A stretch of DNA of 21,489 nucleotides from Promethearchaeota archaeon (GCA_048938445.1 JBHLME010000076.1:1-21489); one strand, 5' to 3'; counted from the stretch's first letter, positions 1 through 8,174 are shown. The notes: a model not told the origin generated them from the letters alone. Numbers and translations: made by a program.

Positions 1-270
1 TGTCAATATAGTTAAAATAAAAGATATTAAGAACATAATTTCTTTAACTATAGAATCAATTAAGAAGAATTTAGTAGTTAATAATAAAATAGAAATTAAA
101 ATTTCAAATGATAATAATAATCCTAATGGTAATAAAATTTTGTAAGATAAAAGTTTAACTCCGCGAATTTTAAAAACTTTAAAAATAATATAGAATAGAA
201 CCTGAAAAGCAAGGAGTATCGCGGTTAAATAAAGCAAAAAATGTAATTCTAAATTCCAATCAGATTCCAT
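1..270 (-). CDS. Membrane protein, N-terminal part (runs off the window's left edge); paralog of 1597..2571
   Basis: Manual translation from ATG at 270 gives MESDWNLELHFLLYLTAILLAFQVLFYIIFKVFKIRGVKLLSYKILLPLGLLLSFE. This aligns with the N-terminus of 1597..2571 (QSDLNIELQFLFYVVANVIAYEVFFYIIYKVIKVRKLKLLTHNILLPLGLLLLFE). Not in the ORF track. Confidence 0.85.
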   Translation of the reverse strand, partial: MESDWNLELHFLLYLTAILLAFQVLFYIIFKVFKIRGVKLLSYKILLPLGLLLSFEILISILLLTTKFFLIDSIVKEIMFLISFILTILT

Positions 271-279
271 AGGTAAATT

Positions 280-347
280 ATGACCTTGTTTAAATTAAAT
301 CTTATTTTATTTAAAAATGAATTAATAGCAATATAAATATTTAGGTA
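280..347 (-). repeat. Duplicated upstream/promoter region (second copy at about 2575-2643)
   Basis: atgacctt..tttaaatta...caatataaatat.taggta occurs upstream of both paralogous membrane-protein genes. It contains minus-strand TTTATA (TATA-like). Confidence 0.6.
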
Positions 348-453
348 ATAATTAGTTTGGAAAAAAATAACCACGTTAGACTTTTTTAATTGACTAATTT
401 AAATCTAATATTCACGAGGAAAATTTTATAAAATCATAAAATAGAAGCAATAT

Positions 454-1548
454 TTACTCTTCCTTTTTAAATATTTCATCACAAATGAATGCGACAGGTT
501 CAAAAATGGATAATTCACCATCCCATTTAGAAAAAATATTTCCATAGAGAGACTCTATTCTTAAGACAAATTTTTGTAATAGCATTTGTAATATTCTTAG
601 ATTCTTAGTACAGAATATCACTCCAGTTATATTAGTAGATTGAAAAATAATTATTGTTTTTCCTTTTTTTTCTAATATGGAAATTCCTTCTCTTTTAGTT
701 TTTGTCATGCTTTCGAGGATTATATTCATACTGGTTAATGCTCCTCCTACTAAAACACCATCATAATCTTCTTCTTTATGATGAATTCTTTTTTCAAATA
801 TGGCAAGACCTACTTTGTTGATTATTAAAATTTCTTCAATAGTCTCATACCAATTAAATTCAGAAAATGGAGGAAGTGATACAAAAAAGTAAAATAAAAG
901 CATTATACCAATAATTTGAAGAAAATTTCCTATTAAAATAGATAGATGACCAAAAATTGATATCATTAGACTACTAGTTAAAGAAAATCCAAATAAAAAA
1001 AGAAATAAACCAGGAAAGAATTTTAAAATACCAAAAATGAGTTTTTGTCTATTTTTTTGAACTTTCTTAATGAAATTTATAAAATATATCAATAAAAATA
1101 CAATATATATTGCCCATAACACGTAAGTCATCGGTTGTGTGAGTTTAATATCAATTATGAATAGTATACAAAAAACTATACCAAAAAAAGTAAATATATA
1201 GGTGAAAAAATACCTTTTAAAAAGATATATTTTATGTTTTTCAATACTATAAAGAAACATGATTCCAATAATTAACATCGGAAAATATCCTGCATTAAGA
1301 AAGAGAAATCTAATAGATCCATCTCTCCAAATAAAAAATGGAGAAATAATGACTTCTGACGAATAGTAATCGCTTATAACAAAAAAAATTTCCATTACGA
1401 AAAAACCTAGATATATTAGAGAAAGACCCAGCTCCTCAGAATTTCTCATTGACTTTTCTGCCTTTAAATACCTATATAAGAGGGCAATACCAAGCTGAAC
1501 ACATATAATGTTGAATACAACTTCCATAATAAGAAGTCGCAATCTCAA
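454..1548 (-). CDS. Multi-pass (about 7 TM) membrane protein with C-terminal longin/roadblock-like soluble domain
   Basis: About seven hydrophobic segments, then EEILIINKVGLAIF...VLVGGALTSMNIILESM...ILEKKGKTIII...WDGELSIFEP, a pattern typical of Asgard longin/roadblock-like domains. Start uncertain: the frame is open to 1584. Confidence 0.75.
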   Translation of the reverse strand: MRLRLLIMEVVFNIICVQLGIALLYRYLKAEKSMRNSEELGLSLIYLGFFVMEIFFVISDYYSSEVIISPFFIWRDGSIRFLFLNAGYFPMLIIGIMFLYSIEKHKIYLFKRYFFTYIFTFFGIVFCILFIIDIKLTQPMTYVLWAIYIVFLLIYFINFIKKVQKNRQKLIFGILKFFPGLFLFLFGFSLTSSLMISIFGHLSILIGNFLQIIGIMLLFYFFVSLPPFSEFNWYETIEEILIINKVGLAIFEKRIHHKEEDYDGVLVGGALTSMNIILESMTKTKREGISILEKKGKTIIIFQSTNITGVIFCTKNLRILQMLLQKFVLRIESLYGNIFSKWDGELSIFEPVAFICDEIFKKEE

Positions 1549-1596
1549 ATCCCCTATTATTGGATAAGTTGTAAGAATACTTATTTATCATCACCA

Positions 1597-2571
1597 TTAA
1601 TCTATGATATTATTAATAACAGTATCAAAGCTGTTAAATACAAGAGTTTGATTTCCTCTCAATGTGTCAAACTTCCTTAATATTTCTTTATAAGTTGACT
1701 CAAACTGATTTTTTAGCATATTTAAGAGAAATTTCATGTGTTTCTGCTCTTTATCAGCAATTAAAACATAAGTTAAAGGAATATTATATTTCGATCCATA
1801 TTCTAATATCAATAAGAATCCTCCTTGGGAGATGAATTGTATTCTTTCTTCTTGAGTATTAGTAATTGAAGATATTATATTCTCAATTCCTTCAATTCCA
1901 TGAGAAAAAAAAACATCCTCTAAATTTTGTTCTGAATTATAGGATAAATCATTTCGATTATTATCTAATTGATCTTTTTTAGTAAAATCATAATGGTATA
2001 GACACTTATGGTCAATAGAATTAATGATATATAAACCTCTCAATGTTTCGCTTCCTTTTATGTTTAAAAAAGCATTAATCAGAAATCCAGAAGATATTAT
2101 GATAAAAATTGATAAATTTCCTAACAATAAAAAGATGGTTGATATAACATTAATTAGCGTAAAAACATCCAGATATAGGGAAAAAATTATTAAAATTTGG
2201 CTGATAATGATTGGAACTAATCTCAATTTAATCTTCCTAATAATCGGACTAATTAATATTATATTAAACGATATAAAAGATACAAATAATATAATGATAA
2301 CTATAACTAAATATAGAGCAATGAGATGTAATATTTGAATTTTAGGTGGATCAGTTAATCCGAATTTAGAATGTTCTAACAATGTTGAAATTATTGTCTC
2401 AAATAATAATAATAATCCTAACGGTAATAAAATATTATGAGTTAGAAGTTTTAATTTGCGTACTTTTATAACTTTATAAATTATATAAAAGAAGACCTCA
2501 TAAGCAATAACATTAGCTACAACATAAAATAAAAATTGTAATTCTATGTTCAAATCTGATTGATAAATCAA
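1597..2571 (-). CDS. Multi-pass membrane protein with C-terminal longin-like domain
   Basis: Hydrophobic N-terminal half. C-terminus GLYIINSIDHKCLYHYDF...FSHGIEGIENIISSI...QFESTYKEIL resembles a longin-type fold. TTG start. Confidence 0.75.
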   Translation of the reverse strand: MIYQSDLNIELQFLFYVVANVIAYEVFFYIIYKVIKVRKLKLLTHNILLPLGLLLLFETIISTLLEHSKFGLTDPPKIQILHLIALYLVIVIIILFVSFISFNIILISPIIRKIKLRLVPIIISQILIIFSLYLDVFTLINVISTIFLLLGNLSIFIIISSGFLINAFLNIKGSETLRGLYIINSIDHKCLYHYDFTKKDQLDNNRNDLSYNSEQNLEDVFFSHGIEGIENIISSITNTQEERIQFISQGGFLLILEYGSKYNIPLTYVLIADKEQKHMKFLLNMLKNQFESTYKEILRKFDTLRGNQTLVFNSFDTVINNIID

Positions 2572-2669
2572 AAAATGACCTTATTTTAAATTAATTATTA
2601 ACCTAATTACAATTGAATCAATATCAATATAAATATATAGGTATAAAAAAAAATTAATTTACTCTACTC

Positions 2670-3413
2670 ATGTTAGATAAATATATAAATAATATAAAAG
2701 ATAAATTACGGGAAAATGCGCCCACTTTCTCTCAAGATGAGATTCTTCGTAGATACAGAATCCTAAACTCAACAAATCCTAATTTTAGGAGTTATGGATT
2801 AAAAATGGCAGTAATTGAAAATATTGTAAAACAAGTACATGGAAAATATGACTGTTCTTATGATGAAGCGGTAAAAGTGTTTAATAAGTTAATTAGCTCT
2901 GATATTCATGATGAAAATTTTGCTGCGATTCTCTTTTTAAATCGTTTTAAGAAATTCTTTGATGAGTCTACTCTCAAATTGATTTTTGATAAATTTTCAC
3001 TATATTGTGATACATGGGCTCTATGTGACAGTACTATGATTAAAATAGTGGGACCATTTTTAGGAAAAAAAGGGAATGAAAAATTAGCCGAAAATACCAT
3101 TGAAAGATGGTCTAATTCAGATAACATGTGGATTAGAAGAGCTTCGATGGTGATTTTATTAAAGCTAACCATGATGAGAAAAGATTTTAATGAAATTCTC
3201 GTATTTAACTTAGTTGATAAAATGCTTTCATATCCCGAAGAATATATTCAAAAGGGTATTGGCTGGCTTCTTAAAACGTGTTCTAGCTATAAACCTGATG
3301 TGATTATAAAATATTTGAATAAAAATAAAAAAAGATTAACTAGATTAATACTTAGATATGCAACTGAAAAATTACCTGAGGATATTAGAGCAGAAATCTT
3401 AAAAAAGGTGTAA
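2670..3413 (+). CDS. DNA alkylation repair protein, AlkD-like (HEAT-repeat) family
   Basis: Motifs DTWALCD, WSNSDNMWIRRAS, EEYIQKGIGWLLK and RYATEKL are characteristic of the AlkD/DNA_alkylation family. Confidence 0.85.
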   Translation: MLDKYINNIKDKLRENAPTFSQDEILRRYRILNSTNPNFRSYGLKMAVIENIVKQVHGKYDCSYDEAVKVFNKLISSDIHDENFAAILFLNRFKKFFDESTLKLIFDKFSLYCDTWALCDSTMIKIVGPFLGKKGNEKLAENTIERWSNSDNMWIRRASMVILLKLTMMRKDFNEILVFNLVDKMLSYPEEYIQKGIGWLLKTCSSYKPDVIIKYLNKNKKRLTRLILRYATEKLPEDIRAEILKKV

Positions 3414-3416
3414 CAT

Positions 3417-4250
3417 GTGAAAACGAAAGTTTATATGAGTAAGCAAGGTCTTGAAGAAACAGATCAAGAATTAGTTATTAGAACACTACAAATGGCCTCA
3501 TTAAAAGATATTATAAATAATAAAGAAAAAAAAATATTAATCAATCCTAATTGGGTTTGTGATGATCACTCAAATACTGGAAATGTAACATCAACAGATA
3601 CTATTGAAGGAATAATACAATATCTTATAGATGAATCTAACATATCTCCTGAAAAGATAACCGTGGCAGATGGTGGTCAAACAAGTAGCACGCAGAGAAC
3701 TATAAAACTTAATGATGTTTATCGATTAGAGGAATATGGAATTACTATTGCTGATTTAAATCAAGATAAAAGAATAAGTGATATAAAAATCAATAATCCA
3801 CTCGCATTAAAATCCATCAATATTGCAAAAACCGTGATGGATGTATCCTGCATCATTTCTGTGCCTTCATTAAAAACACATTCAATGGCAGGAACTACTC
3901 TAAGCATGAAAAATATGATGGGTGCTATATTACCAAAGGGTGTAATGCACTCAAATATCCATAAAAAAATTGCAGATCTTACCTCACTTTTTCGTTCAAA
4001 AATGAAATTTCAGGTAATTGATGGTATTATTGGTTCTGATGGATTTGAAATAGGAGGTTCTCCCGTGGAAATGGATTTAATAATTGCTGGAGAAGATCCC
4101 GTTGCAGTAGATACAGTAGGGAGCGCGGTAATTGGATATACTCCTAAATATTTAAAATTTGCTGAAAAAAAAGGCCTTGGCATAGCAAATTTAGAAAATA
4201 TTGAAATTATAGGATCAAAAATCGAAGAAGTATTTAAAAGATTCTATTAA
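3417..4250 (+). CDS. DUF362 domain-containing protein
   Basis: ILINPNWV, ISVPSLKTHSMAGTTLSMKNMMG, IDGIIG and AGEDPVAVDTVG match DUF362 motifs. GTG start 3 nt after the upstream stop. Confidence 0.85.
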   Translation: MKTKVYMSKQGLEETDQELVIRTLQMASLKDIINNKEKKILINPNWVCDDHSNTGNVTSTDTIEGIIQYLIDESNISPEKITVADGGQTSSTQRTIKLNDVYRLEEYGITIADLNQDKRISDIKINNPLALKSINIAKTVMDVSCIISVPSLKTHSMAGTTLSMKNMMGAILPKGVMHSNIHKKIADLTSLFRSKMKFQVIDGIIGSDGFEIGGSPVEMDLIIAGEDPVAVDTVGSAVIGYTPKYLKFAEKKGLGIANLENIEIIGSKIEEVFKRFY

Positions 4251-4381
4251 CCTAAATTTTTTGATATACCAACATATATATTCTAAAATTATTATTAGAG
4301 ATAATAAAAGTGTCAGATAATTTTTTATTTTTATTTATGTATCGAAAATAGTGCGAATTCATTAAGGATAGGGTGTAAGGG

Positions 4382-5413
4382 ATCGAGAACATTACAATTG
4401 ATCAAAAAGATTATAAGATTTTACTTGATCTATTAAAAGAAAAGACGGGACTTAATTTTGAATACTATAGAAAGAATTTCATTGAGAAAAGGATTAAATC
4501 CAGAATGATAAGAGTTAATTGCTGGACTCTTAAAGATTATTATAAGTATTTATTTGCAGATGAGGAAGAAGTAAGAAAATTTCTTAAAGGATTTACTATA
4601 AATTATACTTTTTTCTTCCGAGATTATGATGTTTTTGAAACTTTTCAAGATATGTTTTTAGATGGATTAAATGTAAATAAAGGTGAAATTCAAAGTCATA
4701 TTAGGCCAAGCCCTGCAAAAATAGCTAAGTTTCGTTCAAAACAAAATCAAGCTAAATTACAGATGAAACTCGCTAAAGAATCTAGTAAACCAGAAAAAAG
4801 CTATGTTGACATTTTTATATTTCTAGATCGTCTGGCATTTTATAGAAAGTTAAAAAAACCAAGAAATGAAGCCAATACAATAAAAATATGGTCTTGTCCG
4901 TGTGCTACTGGGGAAGAACCTTACTCAATTGCTATGATTTTAAATAATCTTGAACAACAAATACCTAATTTTCCTCGTTATAAAATAGTTGCTTCAGACA
5001 TTGCAATAGAGGCAATAGAAAAAGCAAATAAAGGTATTTATTCTGATGATTCAATGAAAGAAATTTCAGACTATTATGAAAGAAAATATTTTATAAAAAA
5101 AAAAGTCAATTTTGGGCATGTGAATAGGATTAGTGAAGATATAAAAAAAAAGGTTGAATTCATTCAAGAAGATGTAACCAAAGGACATGCTTATCACAAC
5201 CAAAAATATGACATTATATTTTGCCGTTATTTATTTATTTATTTCAATCAAGAAAATCGACATAAATTTTTGAAAATTATCGATAAACATTTGAAAGAAA
5301 ATGGATTATTAATCTTGGGAAAGACTGAAACATTATTCGGATCTTATGGATCTTTTACTCAAATTGATTCAAGAAATCATATTTATATAAAATCTCGGTC
5401 AAAATTATTTTAA
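4382..5413 (+). CDS. cheR: CheR-like SAM-dependent protein-glutamate methyltransferase (copy 1)
   Basis: INYTFFFRD, IWSCPCATGEEPYS, ASDI, DIIFCRYLFIYF and LILGKTE. The ORF track starts at 4505, but 41 upstream in-frame codons (IENITIDQKDYKILLDLLKEKTGLNFEYYRKNFIEKRIKSR) are homologous to the N-terminus of copy 2. Confidence 0.85.
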   Translation: MENITIDQKDYKILLDLLKEKTGLNFEYYRKNFIEKRIKSRMIRVNCWTLKDYYKYLFADEEEVRKFLKGFTINYTFFFRDYDVFETFQDMFLDGLNVNKGEIQSHIRPSPAKIAKFRSKQNQAKLQMKLAKESSKPEKSYVDIFIFLDRLAFYRKLKKPRNEANTIKIWSCPCATGEEPYSIAMILNNLEQQIPNFPRYKIVASDIAIEAIEKANKGIYSDDSMKEISDYYERKYFIKKKVNFGHVNRISEDIKKKVEFIQEDVTKGHAYHNQKYDIIFCRYLFIYFNQENRHKFLKIIDKHLKENGLLILGKTETLFGSYGSFTQIDSRNHIYIKSRSKLF

Positions 5414-5460
5414 ATAAATTTATGAAAACTACTAAAAAAAATATTATTTAAGATTTATAA

Positions 5461-6477
5461 ATGGTGCAAACTTCTCGAATTAAAATAGATGAAAAGTCAT
5501 TTCAAGCATTAATTTCTTTATTGAAACAAAAGACAGGTTTAAATTTAGGATATTACAGACGCACCTTTATATTAAGAAGAATCCAAGCAAGAATGATTCG
5601 AATAAATTGTAATAATCTTGAAAGATATAACAAGTATTTATTGTCAAATGTTAATGAACTCAAGAGATTTGTTGAAAGTTTTAATATTAATTACACATAT
5701 TTTTTTAGGGACTGGGATGTTTATGCTACAATTCAAAACATATTACTCCAATCATTAAAAATTGAAAATGATGAATTTTTAAATAAATTAAGACCAAGAA
5801 TTCCAGAGACACCTCAAAAACTTCCAAAAAGAACAAGGATTGCAGAACAAGATATAATATATAATAAAAATTTGCTTTCTAATCTTAAAGAATTAGCAGT
5901 TTACAAAAAGATAAATAATCCAAAAAAAGTTAAAGTACCAATTTATATTTGGTCTTGTGCTTGTGCTACAGGGGAAGAACCTTATTCTTTAGCAATGATT
6001 TTTAACAATCTTCAAGAAAGCCTTCCAAACTTTTCTAAATATGAAATTATTGCTTCAGATATTGATAAATTCGCTATTGAAGCCGCAAAAAGGGGGATTT
6101 ATACAGAAGAATCAATAAAATACATGTCAAAATATAATGAAAAGAGGTATTTCAAGAAGAAAACCACAGTTTTAGGAGATCAATATCACATAACTAACAA
6201 TATTAAGAAAAGCATAACTCTCCTAAATGAAGATATTACAAAAATTCACCTTTATTCATGGAAATTTGACTTGATCTTTTGTCGTAATCTATTGATTTAT
6301 TTTAACATCGAAAATAGAAATATGTTTATTAGAACTCTCGAAAGACAACTCAATGATGGTGGGATTTTAGTACTGGGAAAGGCTGAATCACTTTTTGAAA
6401 AAGAAGGCTCTCTTAAACTGATTGATCCAACCAACCATATATATGTTAAAGATAGATTTGATAAAATCCAAATATGA
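5461..6477 (+). CDS. cheR: CheR-like SAM-dependent protein-glutamate methyltransferase (copy 2)
   Basis: KTGLNLGYYRRTFILRRIQARM (CheR N-domain), INYTYFFRD, IWSCACATGEEPYS, ASDID and DLIFCRNLLIYF. Confidence 0.88.
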   Translation: MVQTSRIKIDEKSFQALISLLKQKTGLNLGYYRRTFILRRIQARMIRINCNNLERYNKYLLSNVNELKRFVESFNINYTYFFRDWDVYATIQNILLQSLKIENDEFLNKLRPRIPETPQKLPKRTRIAEQDIIYNKNLLSNLKELAVYKKINNPKKVKVPIYIWSCACATGEEPYSLAMIFNNLQESLPNFSKYEIIASDIDKFAIEAAKRGIYTEESIKYMSKYNEKRYFKKKTTVLGDQYHITNNIKKSITLLNEDITKIHLYSWKFDLIFCRNLLIYFNIENRNMFIRTLERQLNDGGILVLGKAESLFEKEGSLKLIDPTNHIYVKDRFDKIQI

Positions 6478-6483
6478 ATTTTA

Positions 6484-6555
6484 TGGGAGTGAAAGGATTC
6501 GAACCTTCCCAACGAGCTCCCAAAGCTCGGATGCTGACCACTACATTACACTCCC
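6484..6555 (-). tRNA. tRNA-Pro(UGG)
   Basis: Acceptor GGGAGTG/CACTCCC-A; anticodon arm CGAGC-TTTGGGA-GCTCG; T-loop TTCGAAT. Confidence 0.95.
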
Positions 6556-6595
6556 ATGCTAAAATTAACTTCTTAGCCAATATGTATTTTTAAAA

Positions 6596-6670
6596 TACTC
6601 CTGGTGGGATTTGAACCCACGTTTCTTTGATGAAAGCCAGTTATCCTTAACCTAACTAAATGACAGGAGC
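6596..6670 (-). tRNA. tRNA-Glu(UUC), degenerate anticodon stem (possible pseudogene)
   Basis: Acceptor GCTCCTG/CAGGAGT-A and T-arm GTGGG-TTCAAAT-CCCAC are intact. Anticodon arm ACTGG-CTTTCAT-CAAAG pairs poorly. Confidence 0.75.
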
Positions 6671-6677
6671 GTTCTAA

Positions 6678-6749
6678 AGCACGCGACAGGACTTGCACCT
6701 GCATGAGGAGATTTGCAGTCTCCCGCTTTTACTTCTCAGCCACGCGTGC
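6678..6749 (-). tRNA. tRNA-Cys(GCA)
   Basis: Acceptor GCACGCG/CGCGTGC-T (U73); anticodon arm GGAGA-CTGCAAA-TCTCC; variant T-loop TGCAAGT. Confidence 0.92.
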
Positions 6750-6760
6750 AGTAAATAAAA

Positions 6761-6835
6761 AGGCACTGAGAGGATTTGAACCCCTGATCAGCTACTTACA
6801 AGGAAGCTGCCTTATCCAGACTTGGCCACAGCGCC
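6761..6835 (-). tRNA. tRNA-Thr(UGU)
   Basis: Acceptor GGCGCTG/CAGTGCC-T; anticodon arm GCTTC-CTTGTAA-GTAGC (one mismatch); T-loop TTCAAAT. Confidence 0.92.
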
Positions 6836-6843
6836 AAATTTAA

Positions 6844-6915
6844 TGCGGGAGGGGTGATTTGAACACCCGTGAATCACTTGGAAGGCGAGCATCCTAACCT
6901 CTAGATGAATCCCGC
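6844..6915 (-). tRNA. tRNA-Gly(UCC)
   Basis: Acceptor GCGGGAT..CTCCCGC-A (imperfect at the base); anticodon arm CTCGC-CTTCCAA-GTGAT; T-arm GGGTG-TTCAAAT-CACCC. Confidence 0.9.
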
Positions 6916-6924
6916 TTGATTATA

Positions 6925-6998
6925 CGGTGGTGTCGGGATTTGAACCCGAGTTTGAAGGGCGACGACCATCAGTACTCACCAAGCTATACTACACCACC
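6925..6998 (-). tRNA. tRNA-Asp(GUC), atypical C33
   Basis: Acceptor GGTGGTG/CACCACC-G (G73); anticodon arm GATGG-TCGTCGC-CCTTC. Confidence 0.87.
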
Positions 6999-7004
6999 GA
7001 GGTA

Positions 7005-7078
7005 TCTGGGCGGGAGGAATTGAACCTCCAATCATCGAGTCTACAGCTCGCCGCCTTGTCCATTTTGGCCACGCCCAG
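7005..7078 (-). tRNA. tRNA-Tyr(GUA), archaeal/eukaryal type
   Basis: C1-G72 acceptor CTGGGCG/CGCCCAG-A; anticodon arm GCGAG-CTGTAGA-CTCGA; short variable loop. Confidence 0.93.
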
Positions 7079-7087
7079 ATTGATTTC

Positions 7088-7160
7088 TACTCCCGGACGG
7101 ATTTGAACCGGCGTTATGGGATTCAAAATCCCAAATGCTTGACCACTACACCACGGGAGT
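7088..7160 (-). tRNA. tRNA-Gln(UUG)
   Basis: A1-U72 acceptor ACTCCCG/CGGGAGT-A (archaeal Gln signature); anticodon arm TGGGA-TTTTGAA-TCCCA. Confidence 0.93.
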
Positions 7161-7173
7161 ATTTATCAATAGA

Positions 7174-7197
7174 GTTTGGGATCTAGTGATCCCAAAC
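7174..7197. repeat. Perfect 10-bp hairpin in the Ala-Gln spacer
   Basis: GTTTGGGATC-TAGT-GATCCCAAAC. Confidence 0.7.
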
Positions 7198-7205
7198 ATA
7201 TCGAT

Positions 7206-7247
7206 GATCGCCAAATGCGACTTCTTTTCTTTTCTTATGATCACCTC
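7206..7247 (-). repeat. Conserved array spacer element, copy A
   Basis: Minus strand reads GAGGTGATCATAAGAAAAGAAAAGAAGTCGCATTTGGCGATC. 26 of the first 31 aligned positions match the copy at 8175 (+). Confidence 0.7.
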
Positions 7248-7262
7248 CTTTTTTTTATTTTG

Positions 7263-7334
7263 TGGAGCCGGAAGGACTTGAACCCTCATCTCCCAGTATG
7301 CAAAACTGGTGCTTTTCCATTAAGCTACGGTCCC
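7263..7334 (-). tRNA. tRNA-Ala(UGC)
   Basis: Acceptor GGGACCG/CGGCTCC-A with G3:U70; anticodon arm CCAGT-TTTGCAT-ACTGG. Confidence 0.94.
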
Positions 7335-7348
7335 ATTTATTGTAAGAA

Positions 7349-7420
7349 GGTTCGGTGAGAGATTTGAACTCTCATCTGTCGCATCACAAACAACTATACT
7401 TCCATTATACTAACCGAACC
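7349..7420 (-). tRNA. tRNA-His(GUG), encoded G-1
   Basis: G-1 plus GTTCGGT/ACCGAAC-C73; anticodon arm GTTGT-TTGTGAT-GCGAC. Confidence 0.92.
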
Positions 7421-7440
7421 TTGTGATAATTTCTTTCAAA

Positions 7441-7577
7441 GGAATTAATACCCTCCTCTTAATTCATTGTAGTAAATTATTGAAAGTTTTAAAGAGGTGG
7501 AAGAAGTTATATTGAAATCTAATTGAAAAAGTAAATAGAAAAATGGGTGATATTACAGGAGACGGGTATTAATATTC
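7441..7577. other. Long imperfect inverted repeat in the array A leader
   Basis: ATTAATACCC-TCCT-CT-TAAT-TCA (7444-7466) pairs with TGA-T-ATTA-C-AGGA-GAC-GGGTATTAAT (7548-7573). Confidence 0.55.
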
Positions 7578-7690
7578 AATGAATATAGCGTTCACTACAT
7601 TTTTGCCCCTCCGTCGGGGCGCCTTTATTATGATATATAGTAAATACCAAATTTACACGTCTCATAGTATAGTTAATAACTCATCTTTAA

Positions 7691-7775
7691 TATTTAAATA
7701 TTATGGTCAAAATTGCCCACACTTTTCCCATTTTCAATTTTATGATATTTCTAGCGATAGATTTAAATATATAAT
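7691..7775. promoter_or_regulatory. Candidate divergent promoters between arrays A and B
   Basis: TATTTAAATA (7691-7700) and TTAAATATATAA (7763-7774) flank TTGCCCA/TTTCCCA repeats. The same layout recurs at 14283-14365. Confidence 0.45.
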
Positions 7776-7827
7776 ATGCAATGATAATCCTATGAACAAT
7801 CGCATATTTAAGATCAAGATGCGTTGG

Positions 7828-7847
7828 CGACGAGTGAATGTCGTCAT
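7828..7847. promoter_or_regulatory. CGAC-N8-GTCG motif, copy 1
   Basis: CGACGAGTGAATGTCGTCAT is 16/20 identical to 14417-14436. Confidence 0.55.
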
Positions 7848-7937
7848 GATTAATAGATTTAAATATTAAATTCATTTAAATCTCTCACTTAAATACAGCG
7901 ATTAATATTTCTAACTTTTAATCCCTTGACATATTCC

Positions 7938-7954
7938 TTGAAAGACTTTATAAA
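7938..7954 (+). promoter_or_regulatory. BRE-TATA promoter proximal to array B
   Basis: ttGAAAGAC-TTTATAAA, ending 46 nt upstream of tRNA-Asn. Confidence 0.65.
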
Positions 7955-8000
7955 TACTTACATTCTGATACGACGACGGGATTTAATATGAATATAACAT

Positions 8001-8073
8001 ACCCCCGTATCATAATTGGTAGTGTTCCAGGCTGTTAACCTGTGAGGTGTATGTTCGAATCATGCCGGGGGTG
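8001..8073 (+). tRNA. tRNA-Asn(GUU)
   Basis: Acceptor ACCCCCG/CGGGGGT-G; anticodon arm CCAGG-CTGTTAA-CCTGT; T-loop TTCGAAT. Confidence 0.9.
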
Positions 8074-8083
8074 CTAAATTTAT

Positions 8084-8156
8084 AGAGTCATGGTCTAAAT
8101 AGGGAGGACCCTCGACTGAAGCTCGAAGGATGTAGGTTCAAGTCCTACTAACTTCA
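8084..8156 (+). tRNA. tRNA-Phe(GAA), degenerate acceptor stem (possible pseudogene)
   Basis: Anticodon arm CTCGA-CTGAAGC-TCGAA; T-arm GTAGG-TTCAAGT-CCTAC; acceptor AGAGTCA/TAACTTC has two mismatches. Confidence 0.78.
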
Positions 8157-8174
8157 TATAAAATAAATTTAATT

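Noticed and set aside
2024-3172. ORFs 2024..2338 (+) and 2906..3172 (-)
   Set aside because: Antisense shadows inside longer, better-supported genes.
6297-6512. 71-aa minus-strand ORF
   Set aside because: Antisense to CheR copy 2 and starts inside tRNA-Pro.
7239-7250. GATCACCTCCTT resembling the 16S rRNA 3' end
   Set aside because: No rRNA sequence upstream. It is the reverse complement of the SD-like start of the spacer element.
7176-7358. 60-aa plus-strand ORF
   Set aside because: It is the antisense translation of tRNA-Ala and its spacer.
7579-7875. ORFs 7579..7869 (+) and 7687..7875 (-)
   Set aside because: No recognisable motifs, mutually overlapping, and they lie across the candidate divergent promoter region.
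7757-7883. 14-bp direct repeat ATAGATTTAAATAT (7757, 7853) and 10-bp inverted repeat (7855-7883)
   Set aside because: Almost pure A/T in an AT-rich region; cannot be separated from chance or TATA-like sequence by eye.
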